Positions 47,620 through 59,858 of a stretch of DNA of 64,000 nt are shown here, in pieces. Position 1 is the first letter of the stretch; each line of letters begins with the position of its first letter. A program made the translations under genes and the position numbers. Where the stretch lies: contig NC_058368.1 in the NCBI RefSeq assembly GCF_018350175.1, positions 123,754,001 through 123,818,000 of the forward strand. The letters are read 5' to 3'. The notes beneath the pieces were generated by a model that had not been told where the DNA came from, searched no databases, and worked only from the letters and a program-made list of their open reading frames with translations. The stretch is from Felis catus (lineage: Eukaryota).

Positions 47620-47816
47620 GGGGTGCCTGGGTGGCTCAGTCAGTTAAGTGTCCAACTTTGGCTCAGGTCATGACCTCACGGTTCGAGAGTTTGAGCCCTG
47701 CGTCAGGCTCTCTGCTGTCAACACACAGCTGGCTTCAGAACCTTTGTCTCCCTCTCTCTCTGCCCCTTCCCCCACTCAAAAATAAGTAAGCATTACCCCT
47801 CCCCCCCCAAAAAAAA
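47620..47816 (+). mobile_element. CanSINE
   Basis: TSD cagaattttaa. Confidence 0.82.
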
Positions 47817-48848
47817 CCAGAATTTTAACTAATAATCAGATGATTCAGGCAAAATTATTTCAAAATAACCTTCCTTCTGCTATTGCGATCATAGCATTCT
47901 GGGCCATGCCACGATATTAAAGTTGGTGTGGGCAATTGTTGTTGTGGTTATTTATGTAGTTTACTTATCTCCTGACATCCCAATTTTTGCTGATGGTACC
48001 ATTACTTTCCTATGATCCAGCCTTGGAACTTCAAAGATTCACCTAAAACTCTTCCATCACTTGCCACATGTAATTAACCAATACAATCAACATATATTGT
48101 TTTTCTCACAACATCTAATGTATCTGTACCTACTCATATTCACTCTCACTGCCATTCTCTCACACCTAAATATGGACTTGGCCTTTTAACGTTCTAGTCA
48201 CTGCCCTCTGAAGATGTACCTTTCTAACACCTTTTCTATCATTCCTTCACTCAAAAGCTTTCAGTGGCAAATACCTCTGTACTATTAAACAAAGATCTAA
48301 ATTCAACCAAGCATCTATCTACAAGCTATAAAAATCTGACCTGGAGTTGCACTTATCTCCCTTCATAAATTATGCATTCCTCCCAAATGAGTCTAGTCAG
48401 TGTCCCTAAAACATTTGACCCATTCCTATTTCCTTTGCTTTTCCAAGCCTGTATCCCCTTCCTGGAATGCTCTCCCTTGCCAGTATTTAGTCAGGCACCC
48501 TGGAGTTCTTAGTTAATTTCTTGTGTATCCACACAAGAAAGCTTTTGCTTTTCCAGCCAAATGTCATGCTCAGTACTGGACTGCTCCTGCAATCCAGATT
48601 CTTGGTTTTGAAGAACTTCTTTATTAGACTTAACTTTTAAAAGCTTTATTACGTGAAACTTGCAGAAAATTATGGAATCCAGGCTGTAGTTAGTTATTGA
48701 TCCTCATCCACTGATGGATACAGTGTGGAACCTGGTGAATTCTATATGATGAATGGCTTTTATATATGATACAATTTTATCCTACGTGAAAAATACACAA
48801 ATATGCAATATTTTTGCCAAAAGGAGTGTAAAAGACTGTCTTGTATTT

Positions 48849-49035
48849 TGCTATTCAAAGGGAGGTCCAGTGTTTGCTTCGGCAGCACGTATACAAAGCG
48901 AGGTCCACAAACCAGCAGCCCAGGAGTTTGTTAGAAATGCACAATCTTAGACACTACCCTGATCTATTGATTAGAATCTGCATTTTAACAAGGTTCCTCA
49001 GGCAATTTGTGTGTAAGGTGAAATCTGAGAAGCAC
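48849..49035 (+). mobile_element. MER5A1/MER5B-type DNA transposon fossil hosting the U6 fragment
   Basis: gctattcaaag...accagcagc...tttgttagaaatgca...agaatctgcattttaacaag...tgagaagcac matches the MER5-family consensus. Confidence 0.7.
48870..48894 (+). pseudogene. RNU6: U6 snRNA 3'-truncated (tailless) retrocopy, U6 nt ~1-25
   Basis: GTGTTTGCTTCGGCAGCACGTATAC, against U6 GTGCTCGCTTCGGCAGCACATATAC. Flanked by the TSD caaagggaggtcca (48856-48869) and caaagcgaggtcca (48894-48907). Confidence 0.85.
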
Positions 49036-49299
49036 AGAACAATTCCTACCTTGAGATCCAAAATGATTGCCTGACAAGTTGAAAAGAAAGAGGCAGTGTG
49101 AGATAATGGAAATTATCCTGAAATAGAACCAGAAGTTGTACATTTCATGTCATTTACCAGGTCCGACCCTGGAAAAATCACTTAACCATTTTGAGCCTTG
49201 CTTTCTGATCTTTCCAATGGGAATAATACCTCCCTGTTATTTCAGGGAGGTGGTTGTGAGGTTTAAAAAGAAATGTGAAACTGATTTAAAAAACACATT

Positions 49300-49414
49300 G
49301 GGGTGCCTGGCTAGCTCAGTTGGTAGCGCATGTGACTCTTGATCTGAATTTGTGATTTCGAGCCCCATGGTACGTGTAGAGATTACTTAAAAATAAAATT
49401 AAAAAAAAAAAAAA
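49300..49414 (+). mobile_element. Short tRNA-derived CanSINE variant (no CT tract)
   Basis: ggggtgcctggctagctcagttggtagcgcatgtgactcttgatct...gtagagattacttaaaaataaaat followed by an A-tail. Confidence 0.75.
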
Positions 49415-49873
49415 GTGAGGTCTACACATATTTAAAAAAAAAAAAACTTTTTTTTTTTTTTAAATATCTTTCTCAGGATCACAAAGGTGATTTGTGGCAG
49501 AGCAGGGACCATAGACCAGCTCTCCTGACTTGTAGTCCAGTTCGCTGTGAGGGAGGCTCCTGTCCCCACAAGTTCAAGAAGGTCCTTGGCGCTGCAAGAA
49601 GCAGCTGGAACAATCTTTTGAGAAAGGAATTTGATAATATGTCTCGAGTGTTTAAATGTGTTATTATCCCACAACCCAGTAGTTTCTGTGATAGAAATCA
49701 AGCTTAAGGAAATAACTGAAATGCAGAGGAAGAATTTTAAGTAATTATGTTCACTGCACATTTACTTATAATAGAAAAAAAAGGGCAAACAACCAGAAGG
49801 TCCAATAGGGAATCATTAAATTACAAGGTATCATAGGATAGTACATTATGCAGCTATCAAAACTGTTGTCCGT

Positions 49874-50083
49874 GGGGTGCCTGGCTGGCTCAGTAAGTAG
49901 AGCATGTGACTCTTGATCTCAAGGATGTGGGTTCAAGCCCCACATCCAGCTCTGTGCTGACAGCTCAGAGCCTGGAGCCTGCTTCACATTCTGTGTCTCC
50001 CTCTCTCTCTGCTCTTACCCCACTCACACTCTGTCTCCCTCTCAAAAATAAATAAACATTAAAAGAATTAAAAAACAAACAAA
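49874..50083 (+). mobile_element. CanSINE
   Basis: TSD aaact(t)gttgtcc. Confidence 0.85.
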
Positions 50084-50419
50084 CTTGTTGTCCAAAGAGT
50101 TTTTAAGGACATGAGATGTTTGACACAATATTAAAACAAAAACAAAGGGAAGTCATAAAATTATATATTAAGGAGGATCTTGACTATGTTAAAAAATGTG
50201 TGTGGGAGAAAAAGACTACAAGGTGACAGGAAAATATGAACAGTGACTTTCTCTGGGCAGCAGCTTTTTGTTCTGCTCTTCATTTAAAAAAAATGATATT
50301 GACTGATTTTGATCAGGGTACATAGAAATGCCTAAAATGGATTAGGAAAAGTGATAGTTTCCATAATCATTTGTACAGTGGAAGTGAATTAGTATCTTTT
50401 AGTTAGCAGTTGTGTTTGC

Positions 50420-50648
50420 TTTTTATTTTTATTTTTTAAATTTTTTTTAACGTTTATTTATTTTTGAGACAGAGAGAGACAGAGCATGAACGGGGCGGGG
50501 GGGTCAGAGAGAGGGAGACACAGAATCGGAAACAGGCTCCAGGCTCTGAGCTGTCAGCACAGAGCCGCGGGGCTGGAACTCACGGACCGCGAGATCATGA
50601 CCTGAGCCGAAGTCGGCCGCTCAACCGACTGAGCCACCCAGGCGCCCC
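50420..50648 (-). mobile_element. CanSINE (SINEC_Fc-type)
   Basis: TSD tgtgtttgcttttta. CpG-rich. Confidence 0.9.
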
Positions 50649-50977
50649 TGTGTTTGCTTTTTAAATAACTTGTTCTTCTCTCCCATTTTGAATAGAGGAT
50701 ATGCACACAAGGTAAAAAAAAAAAAAATTAGTCCCAGTAGTACAGTCAGGTACACAATATAATAAACCTCCCTCTGACCACATCCCCCAGAGGAACTCCC
50801 CTTCCCGGAGCAACCAGTAGTATCAGTTTCTTCTGTTTGCTTCCAAAGCCATATGCATTTTTCCCAAAAGGTAACACAGTAGACTGCTCTGTACCTCTGT
50901 TTCTTTCTTTTTAAACTGTTTCTTTCCTTAAAAGTTCAAATATTCAGAAAAGTTACAATAATAGTAAAATGAACTCT

Positions 50978-51152
50978 TTTTTAAAAAAATTTATTAATTT
51001 TCAGAGAGTGAGAGTCAGAGAGAGAGAGAAAAAGAGAGAGAGAGAGAATCCCAAGTAGGCTCTGAGCTGTCAGCACAGAGCCAGACTTGGGCTTGATCCC
51101 ACAACCGAAATCAAGAGTCAGACACTTAACCAACTGAGCCACCAGGCGCCCC
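50978..51152 (-). mobile_element. CanSINE
   Basis: TSD aatagtaaaatgaact. Confidence 0.85.
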
Positions 51153-51542
51153 AAGAATAGTAAAATGAACTTTTGTATGCCTTTCACCTAGATTCATTAA
51201 TTAACATTTTGCCATAACTGCATTCTGTCTCTGTATGTATATAATTTTGATCATTGTTGTTATTGTTAAAATTATGATTGCTGAACCATTTCACAGTGAG
51301 TTGTAGATATTTTTATCCCTAAATACTCATTTGTGTATCTCCTAAGAACAAGGACGTTCTCTTACCTAGCCCTGATACAATGATCAAATTTGGGAAATTT
51401 AATATTGATACAATATTATTATCTAATACACAGTCCAAATAAAGATTTTTCCAGTTGTCCCAATACTATCTTTGGGGCAATTTGTAAAGCAGCGTATTTC
51501 TTTTGTTAGAGTCGTGTAGCTTCTACTGGATGGATGAGGCCT

Positions 51543-51645
51543 AATTTACTTAAGTAGTAACTTATTAATAAACTTTCAGGTTATTTCCAATAGCTCAATT
51601 TACTTAAGTAGTAACTTATTAATGAACTTTCAGGTTATTTCCAAT
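51543..51645 (+). repeat. 49-bp direct duplication with a 5-nt spacer
   Basis: aatttacttaagtagtaacttattaat(a/g)aactttcaggttatttccaat at 51543-51591 and 51597-51645. Spacer agctc. Confidence 0.92.
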
Positions 51646-53221
51646 CTTCTGCTGTGACACACATATGTATTGTGCAAATTTCTTTGTACACACATACAAG
51701 CAGGTGTGTATCTGATAAATTTCTTGAACTGAAAGAGCTGTGTCAAAGACAATGTCCTTTTTGTTCTTTGCTGAATGTTGCCAAAACATAACTTCAAAGA
51801 GGATGTACCACTTTGCACTTCCATCAAAAATGCATGAGTTTGATGATTGCCTTACATCAAACCTAATGCTGCATATTATCAAATCATTTGATCTTTGATA
51901 ATGGGAATGTGAAAAGCATACTTTAATTTTTTTCTTATTGTGAACCTATATACATATAGGCTTACCTATCTGTTTACATATATGAATGTATATATTTCAT
52001 ATATTTAGAATATATTTACATTGCCTTTTCTATGAATTTTTTTGTGTTATTATGTTTGACTCTGCCATGAACTCTCTGAGTAGTCTCAAACCAGGGCTAC
52101 CAGGAAGCAGTGTTTTCTAGCAAACTGGATGGAAGTTTTTCTTTTCCACATAAGTCCCAGGTATCTCCATGCCTCTAGACCCTGAGGGCTTGGGAATCCT
52201 CTTGTCCGTTTTGAGGAGGTGCATGGCCTGTCAATTGCTCCTTAATAAACGTTGCTTCCACCAATGTACTGGGTATATTCTAGACGTTTCACCACTGGTT
52301 CTCTGCTTCACATAGTCACAGAGAGTCCAGATGATACCAGCGAGCCTATGGGAAGCTGTAGATGTAGATATAGGTCTAAGCTGTCGGTGAGGTTAGAGAG
52401 TACCATCTACACCGTTCTGTAGATGCCTGCATATGACATTTAGTGTTCGTCAGATGACAAACTGGTCTATTTACTTTTGTTCTCTGCCTCCAGGCCTGTC
52501 CCTAACATTTGTGAAACCCATGGCAAGAATACAAATGAAGAGCCACATACCATGTGTCTAAATATCTAAAAGTTATAAATCAAACCAACATACTGTAAAT
52601 AACATATTTTATCCTCCTACCTGTACAAGCCTACCTTCATAATGACCCAGAAGGGTGGCTTCCAATTCAGTAGTAACAGAGTCCTCCAAGTTCCACACTG
52701 GAATGAGGGGACACCAGAAAGTCACACTCTGGCTGGCTCCCCATTCCCTTTGCTCTCTGTGACTTTTCTCTCTGTATTTTCTTTGAAAAGTCTTTGAGTT
52801 TTCCTCGCAGCAAGTTGCTATAAGGATTTGTCATCTTCAGGTTATCCAGGCAAGATGTGTAAAACTGCAAAGTAGTTCATGCTTTCATGTATGTATGTTT
52901 CAATAGCACATACATTCATAAAGAGCAATGTTTGTTGTTAAAATTTTTTTAAATTCATTTTCTTTTTCTCATAAAGAAGTAATAAGTGCTCATTTAAAAA
53001 AATCTGGACATTCTTTAAAGGAATAAAAAAGAATGCAAAAAACACCTAACATCTCACCATTTAGAAAGAACCACGATTTATGTTTTGGTATATATCTTCC
53101 TAGCCTTTTTTTCTGTGGATACACATACACAAGCTTTTTTATACAAACATGAGATGATGTGTCATTTGTGGGTTTTTTTTTTTAAGTATACTTGACACTA
53201 TCCATGTAGTTTTGTAATGTG

Positions 53222-53222
<1 letters not shown>

Positions 53223-53300
<78 letters not shown>
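53223..53300 (+). repeat. (CTTT)n tetranucleotide microsatellite
   Basis: Perfect array of about 19 units. Confidence 0.95.
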
Positions 53301-53301
<1 letters not shown>

Positions 53302-53424
53302 TTTAAATTTTCTTTAAGGAGGGGGGTGTGCCTGGCTGGTTCAGATGGTACAGCATGTGACTCTTGATCTCAGGACCGTGAGTTCAAGCCCCACATTGGG
53401 CATGGAGTCTACTCAAAAAAATAA

Positions 53425-56400
53425 AATTTTATTTTAATTCCGGTATAGTTAACATACAGCGTTATATTAGTTTCAGGTGTACAATATAGGGATTCAGTAA
53501 TTCTATACATCATTCGGTGCTGATCATGATGAGGATACTCTTCATCTCCTTCACCTATTTCACCCATCCACCTACCCACCTCCCCTCTGGTAACTATCAG
53601 TTTGTTCTCTATAGTTAAGAGTATGTTTTTTGGTTTGTCTCTTTTTTCCTTTGTTCATTTGTTTTATTTCTTAAATTACACATATGAATGAAATCATGTG
53701 GTATTTGTCTTTCTCTGACTGACTTAGTCAGCATTACACTCTCTAGATCCATCCATGTTGTTGCAAATGGCAAGATTTCATTTCTTTTTTTTTTTAATGT
53801 TTATTTATTCTTGAGACAGAGACAGAGCGTGAACAGGGGAGGGGCAGAGAGAGAGGGAGACACAGAATCTGAAACAGGCTCCAGGCTCTGAACTGTCAGC
53901 ACAGAGCCTGACGCAGGGCTCGAACCCATGAACTGTGAGATCATGACTTGAGCCGAAGTTGGACGCTTAACCAACTAAGCCACCCAGGTGCCCCAAGATT
54001 TCATTCCTTTTTATGGAGGAATAATATTCCATTATCTAATAATATTTTAATATATATCTCTATCTATCTATATATCTCACATCTTCTTTATCCATTCATC
54101 TATCAATGAACACTTGGGCTGCTTCCATAATTTGGCTATTGCAAATAATACTGCAATAAACATAAGGGTGCATATGTCTTCCTGAGTTAGTGTTTTCATA
54201 TTCTTAAAAAAAATATTTATTTTTGAGAGAGAGAGACAGAGACAGAGCATAAGTGGAGGAGGGTCAGAGAGAGAGGGAGACACAGAATCCAAAGTAGGCT
54301 TCAGGCTCTGAGCTGTCAGCACAGACCCCAAGCGGGGCTTGAACCCACTAACTGAGAGATCATTACCTGAGCCAAAGTTGGACACTTAACCGACTAAGCC
54401 ACCCAGGCGCCCCAGTGTTTACACATTTTGGGGGTAAATACCCAATAGTGAAATTGTTGGATCATGTGGTAATTCTATTATTAATTTTTTGAAGAAACTC
54501 CATACTGTTTTCCACAGAGGATGCAGTAGTTTACATTCCCACCAACAATGCAGGAGGATTCCTTTTTCTCCACATCCTCACCAACACCTGTTGTTTCTTG
54601 TGTTATTGATTTTAGCCATTCTGACAAGTGGTTTTGATTTGCATTTCCCTGGTGATGAGTGATACTAAGCATCTTTTCATGTATCTGCTGGCCATCTGTA
54701 GATCTTCTTCAGAGAAATGTCTGTTTATGTCTCCTGCACATTTTTTTTAAGTTTTTTTTTTTTTTTTTTTTTGAGAGAGAGAGAGAGCATGCAAGTGGGG
54801 AGGGGCAGAGAGAGAAGGGAAGAGAGGATGTGAAGCGGGCTCTGTGCAGACAGTACAGAGCCTGGTATGGGGCTCTAACTCACAAACCATGAGATCATGA
54901 CCTGATCTGAAGGCAGACACTTAACTGATGGAGCTACCCATGCACACCTGAACATTTTTAAATTGGATTATTTATTATATGTTTTTTAGGTGTTGCGTTG
55001 TATAAGTTCTTTATATATTTTGGATACTAACCCAAAATTAGAGGGGTTAGTATCCAAAATATATATCAGATATCAGAGATATCTTTTGCAAATATCTTCT
55101 CCCATTCAGTGGGTTGTCTTTTAGTTTTGTTGATTGTTTCCTTCGCTGTGCAGAAGATTTTTTTTTTTTGGTATATTCCTAATAGCTCATTTCTGCTTTT
55201 GTTTCCCTTGCCTCAAGAAGACATATCTAGAAAAATGTTGCTACAGCCATTGACAGAGAAATTATTCCCTGTACTTTCTTCTAGGATTTTTATGGTTTCA
55301 GGTCTCATATTTAGGTCCTTAATCCACTTTGAGTTTATTCTTGTGTATAGTGTAAAAAAGTGGTTCAGTTTCATTCTTTTGCACGTAGTTGTCCAGTTTT
55401 CCCAATACCATTTGTTGAAGAGGCTTTTTCCCAAAGCATATTCTTGCCTCCTTTGTCAAAGATTAGTTGACGATATAATCACAGGTTTGTTTCTGGCCTC
55501 TCTGTTCTGTTGCATTGATCTATTTTTGTGCCAGTACCCTCCTGTTTTGATTTCTATACCTTTGTAGTGTATTTTGATATCTGCGATTGTTATACCTCCA
55601 GTTTTGCTCTTCTTTTTCAAGATTGCTTTGGATATTCAGGGTCTTTTGTTGTTGCATACAAATTTTAGGATAATTTGTTCTAGTTCTGTGAAAAATGCTG
55701 CTGGTATTTTGATAGAGATTGCATTAAATGGATTGATAGGGACTGTATTTATCCTGTAAACTGTTTTGGCTAGTATGGACAACTTAACAATATTTGTTCT
55801 TTCAATCCATGAGCATGGAATATCTTTCTATTTGTTTCTGTCATCTTAAGTTTCTTTTATCAGTATTTCATAGTTTTCAGAGTATAGGTCTTCCAACTCC
55901 TTGGTTAAGTTTAATTCTAGATATTTTATTATTTTTGGTGCTACTGTAAATGGGATTGTTTTTTTAATTTCAATTTCTGCTACTTCATTATTAATGCATT
56001 GAAATGCAACAGATTTCTGTATATTGATTTTGTATCCTGAGACCTTACTGAGTTAATTTATCAGTTCTAATAGTTTTTTGGTGGTGTTTGTAGAGATTTC
56101 TATATATAGTATCATTTCATTGGCAAATAGTGAAATTTTTACTTTTTCCTTACCAATTTGGATGGCTTTTATTTTTTTGTTGTTGTCTGATTGCCATGGC
56201 TAGGACTTCCAGTAATATGTTGAATAAAGTGGTGAGAGTGGACACCCTTGTCTTATTCATTCCTGATCTTAGGGGAAAAGCTCCCAGGTTTTCACCATTG
56301 AGGAAGCTGTTAGCTGTGAGTTTTTTATATATGGACTTTATTGTGTTAAGGTATATTCCCTCTAGACCTACTTTGTTGAGGGTTTTTATCATGAATGGAT

Positions 56401-56480
56401 ATTGTACTTTGTCAAATGCTTTTTCTGCATCTATTGAAATAATCACATCGTTTTTCTCCTTTCTTTTGTTGATATGCTTT
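53425..56480 (-). mobile_element. 5'-truncated LINE-1 (carnivore/L1MA-type) with ORF2 RT remnant, interrupted by three CanSINEs
   Basis: ORF 56150-56701(-) contains [26 protein letters not shown]...[15 protein letters not shown] (L1 ORF2 RT). 55213-55434(-) gives [11 protein letters not shown]...[10 protein letters not shown]. 54077-54385(-) gives MFIAVLFAIAKLWKQPKC...DEWIKKM. An L1 3' UTR lies at ~53425-53780. Multiple stops and frameshifts. Confidence 0.92.
55012..55065. repeat. Perfect 22-bp inverted repeat with a 10-nt loop
   Basis: tatatattttggatactaaccc (55012-55033), loop aaaattagag, then gggttagtatccaaaatatata (55044-55065). Confidence 0.95.
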
Positions 56481-56486
56481 TCCCCC

Positions 56487-56935
56487 TTTTTAAAAAAAGT
56501 TTTATTTATTTTTGAGAGAGAGAGAGACAGACAGACAGACAGAGTGAGAGTAGGGGAGGGGCAGAGAGAGAGGGAGGCACAGAATCCGAAACAGCGTCTA
56601 GGCTCTGAGTTGTTAGCGCAGAGCTTGACGCGAGGCTCGAACTCACAGACCCATGAAATCATGACCTGAGCCGAAGTCAGATGCTTAACTGACTGAGCCA
56701 CCCAGGTGCCTGTCCTCTTTGTTTTTTTTTTTTTTTTTAATGTTTATTTATTTTGAGAGAGAGAGAGAGAACGCACAAGCGAGTGGGGGAGGGGCAGAGA
56801 GAGGGAGACAGAGGATCTGAAGCAGGCTCTGCACTGACAGCAGATAGCCCAATGCGGGGCTCAAACTCACAACCCATGAGATGATGACCTGAGCCGAAGT
56901 TGGACACTTAACTGACTGAGCCACCCAGGCACCCC
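56487..56935 (-). mobile_element. Tandem pair of CanSINEs at the L1 5' junction
   Basis: Two minus-strand copies at ~56487-56710 and ~56718-56935. Confidence 0.85.
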
Positions 56936-57114
56936 AGATATACTTTTCCTCTTAATAATATCTCACATCCCATTGTTGGTCTGTTAACTTTGGTCACTTG
57001 GTTAAGATACTGTCCTTCAGATTCCTCCATTGTAGTTACTCATTTAATTTAATAAGTTGAAAACTATGTTATTTCTTGTGTATTATAAATATTGATAGAT
57101 TAAAATGAAACTCG

Positions 57115-57297
57115 AGGTATCTGGGTGGCTCAGTTGGTTAGGTGTCTGACTCTCAGGTTATGATCAAATGGTTTGTGGGGTTGAGCCCTGCATCGGGCTC
57201 TGTGCTGACATTGCAGAGCCTGCTTGGGATTCTCTCTCTCTCTCTCTCTCTGCTCTCCCCCCCCCCCAAATAAATAAATAAACATTAAAAAAAATAA
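57115..57297 (+). mobile_element. CanSINE
   Basis: TSD taaaatgaaactc. Confidence 0.82.
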
Positions 57298-57784
57298 AAT
57301 GAAACTCTAACATCACTTCTTAAAGCATATAGAACAGAATGACTTAATTTGATACCTAATATCAACTTTTAAAAAAATGGGAAAAAGCTTTTTACCTCTT
57401 GAAAACACTATTTTCATTCCCCATCTCCTAGAGAATGTTATCCTGTGTTTGAACATTTCTTATTGATCACCCTATCATGGTGTCTTGAAAAAATATGAAT
57501 ATTAATAAAACTGCATTTATTAAAAATAATAATAATAATAGTTCACAGATAGCTTTCAATTTCAATAAAAGTAAATATGTATCATCATTCTTAATGTCTA
57601 TAGAATACCTACTATATTTATTTGTTCATTCATTTAATAAATATTCATATATGGACCTGACACTGAGATAGACTGTGGAGACGCAATCAGAGGTAAGCAA
57701 GTCGTTGCAAAAACAAATTTACCATTATTAAGTCAATTAGTTGGACAGTAAAGTTGTTCAATTTTGCTATTATAAAAGACTATG

Positions 57785-58125
57785 GGAGTGCCTGGGTGGC
57801 TCAGTCAGTAGAGCGTGCTACTCTTGATCTCTGGGTTGTGAGTTTGAGCCCCACATTGAGTGTAGATATTGTTTAAGAATAAAATCTTAAAGGGCACCTG
57901 AGTGGCTTAGTTGGTTGAGTGTCTGACTCTTGATTTCAGCTTAGGTCATGATCCTAGGGTCATCGGATCAAGTCCCATGTCCCGTTCCATGCTGAGTGTG
58001 GAGACTTCTTAAGATTCTCACTCTCTCTCTCTCTCTCCCTGCTCCCCACACTTTTCCCCAGCTTGCATGCACATGGACTCTCTCTCTAAAATAAAAATAA
58101 TAAATAGAAATAAAATCTTAAAAAA
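57785..58125 (+). mobile_element. Short CanSINE variant with a second CanSINE in its tail
   Basis: aataaaatcttaaa is repeated around the second copy. Confidence 0.8.
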
Positions 58126-58640
58126 ATTATGATAAATATACTGCACATAAATTTTTGTGCACTTACTTGAATATTTCCTTAAAATAAATTCCTAGAAGCA
58201 TTCATCAATCAAAAGGAAATATTTTTAAAATATTGATACAAATGCAGATTGGCTTCCAGGAAAGTTGTTCCAATGACCTTCTCATCAACACTGTTTATTG
58301 CTCCATATTCTTGCCAACACTGGGGATTAGTAAATTTTAAAATCTTTGCCAATCTGATAGGAAAAAAATTAAAATAAATGTTATCTCTCTTTCAACTGAC
58401 AGCTCATATCTTTTGCCTTGGGATGTTTGTCTTTTTCATAGTGATTTGTAAAAATAATTATCTACACTAAGAAAATTGTCACGTATTTTACAAACATTTC
58501 CCAATTTTTTGTTTGTTTTCGGACATAGTTTATATTTTTCATAGTTTGGGTATTTTTAACCATACTGAAGTTATTTTTTTCCCATGTAAAACAATTTCTG
58601 TGTGACCATGCATAATTTTAATAGTGATTGACATTTAAGC

Positions 58641-58675
58641 AATTAATTAATTAATTAATTAATCAATTAATTAAT
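58641..58675. repeat. (AATT)n self-complementary repeat
   Basis: aattaattaattaattaattaatcaattaattaat. Confidence 0.85.
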
Positions 58676-58698
58676 AAGCTTGTTGATTAAAAGCATTT

Positions 58699-58915
58699 GG
58701 GGGGCGCCTGGGTGGCTCAGTTGGTTAGGCATCTGACTTTGGCTTGGGTCATGATCTCATGGTTCATGAGTTCAAGCCCCGCATCAGGCTCTGTAATGAC
58801 AGCTCAGAGCCTGGAGTCTGCTTTGGATTCTGTGACTCCTTTTCTCTCTGTTCCTCCCCCACTCGCTGTCTTTTCTCTCTCTCTCAAAAATAAATAAACA
58901 TTAAGAAAAAAATAT
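58699..58915 (+). mobile_element. CanSINE
   Basis: TSD taaaagcatttg. Confidence 0.88.
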
Positions 58916-59519
58916 AAAAGCATTTGCAACCATCAAGATCCAGATTTTTGTGTGTAGAAACAATAGTACAAACTTCTAGATCCCTGCTGAATTCCTGGCA
59001 GGGGAAATGGAGACCCTCAGGAGAATGCAGGAGGAAGAGTAGGTGACATGAAAGTCTGTTCCTTCGTGTGGAGAGGGGTGGTTTCTGCTGGGTGGAAAAT
59101 GCACACTGAATGATTTAAAGAAAAGGAGTGGAAAAAAGAGGTAACAATCGGTTTGGCTGAAAGAGGTCTGGAGAGGAAGATGTGGTGGAAAGAGGGAAAG
59201 AGATGTGGTGCCAGTGGCACAGAGAGGAAATTTGGGGAAAGAGAAAGAGGCTTAAAGATAATTTTTAGGAAGTTTGTCAGTATGAATGCCAGTTTTCATA
59301 AAACCCGTGGCAACAACAAAAAAAACACATTGCTTATCATACTGTGAAGTTGAACTTGGACATAGTCTTGGTCCAAGTCAGGTGCTGGCAAAAGCAGTGC
59401 CAACCCAAAGCACCCACCTATATTTAGGGCCCCCATTGTGGTCACGTGGTGCCCCAACATTCAAGCCATTGAAAATAATTAATCTGACCCACTCATGGTG
59501 ACTTACTCCCCTGCCAGCT

Positions 59520-59858
59520 CTCTATTCAGGAATTTGTGCCAATGAGATGCTAGGAAAGGCTTACTGGAAAAAAGCAAAGTAAATGTCTCTCCTAATGAAA
59601 GGGGACAGTCAAGCTGTTGCCTCAGGTCTTGTGGCCTGGTGGAGAACTTGCCTTAGAAAGAAGCTAAATGGATGGGTAGCAGAGAGAAAGACAGAAGATA
59701 GCTGGGTCCCTAGTGAAATTATCAAACCACTGAACACACCTCCTAAAGTCTGCCGTACTTCTATTCTCTCTGTCATATGAAATAATAAATGCCTTAACTC
59801 ACTATGCCTGTGGGAGTCAAAATATCTGTTTCTTGCGGTTGAAAGCATTCTAACACAC
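59520..59858 (+). mobile_element. Degraded MaLR LTR (MLT1J/K-like)
   Basis: gccaatgagatg...ctgggtccctagtga...catatgaaataataaatgcc...tttcttgcggttgaaagcattctaac. Confidence 0.45.

Noticed and set aside
29730..48894. U2/U6 matches as functional snRNA genes
   Set aside because: Only 25-35 nt long, mutated, TSD-flanked, with no Sm site, 3' domains or evident PSE/DSE.
56150..56701. 183-aa ORF with reverse-transcriptase motifs as a possible novel RT system or domesticated gene
   Set aside because: Chance fusion of a SINE frame with a decayed L1 ORF2 fragment. The surrounding ORF2 is broken by stops, frameshifts and SINE insertions.
49300..57890. tRNA-like sequences at ~49300, ~53322 and ~57785 as tRNA genes
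   Set aside because: They have SINE-specific 3' extensions (gtagagattactt-like), A-tails and degenerate stems, so they are short tRNA-derived CanSINE variants.
509..58897. Many 60-180 aa ORFs with WVAQ.VK..T.AQVMIS / RLQPGHDL / RERQS motifs resembling a repeated protein family
   Set aside because: They are translations of CanSINE sequence, not genes.
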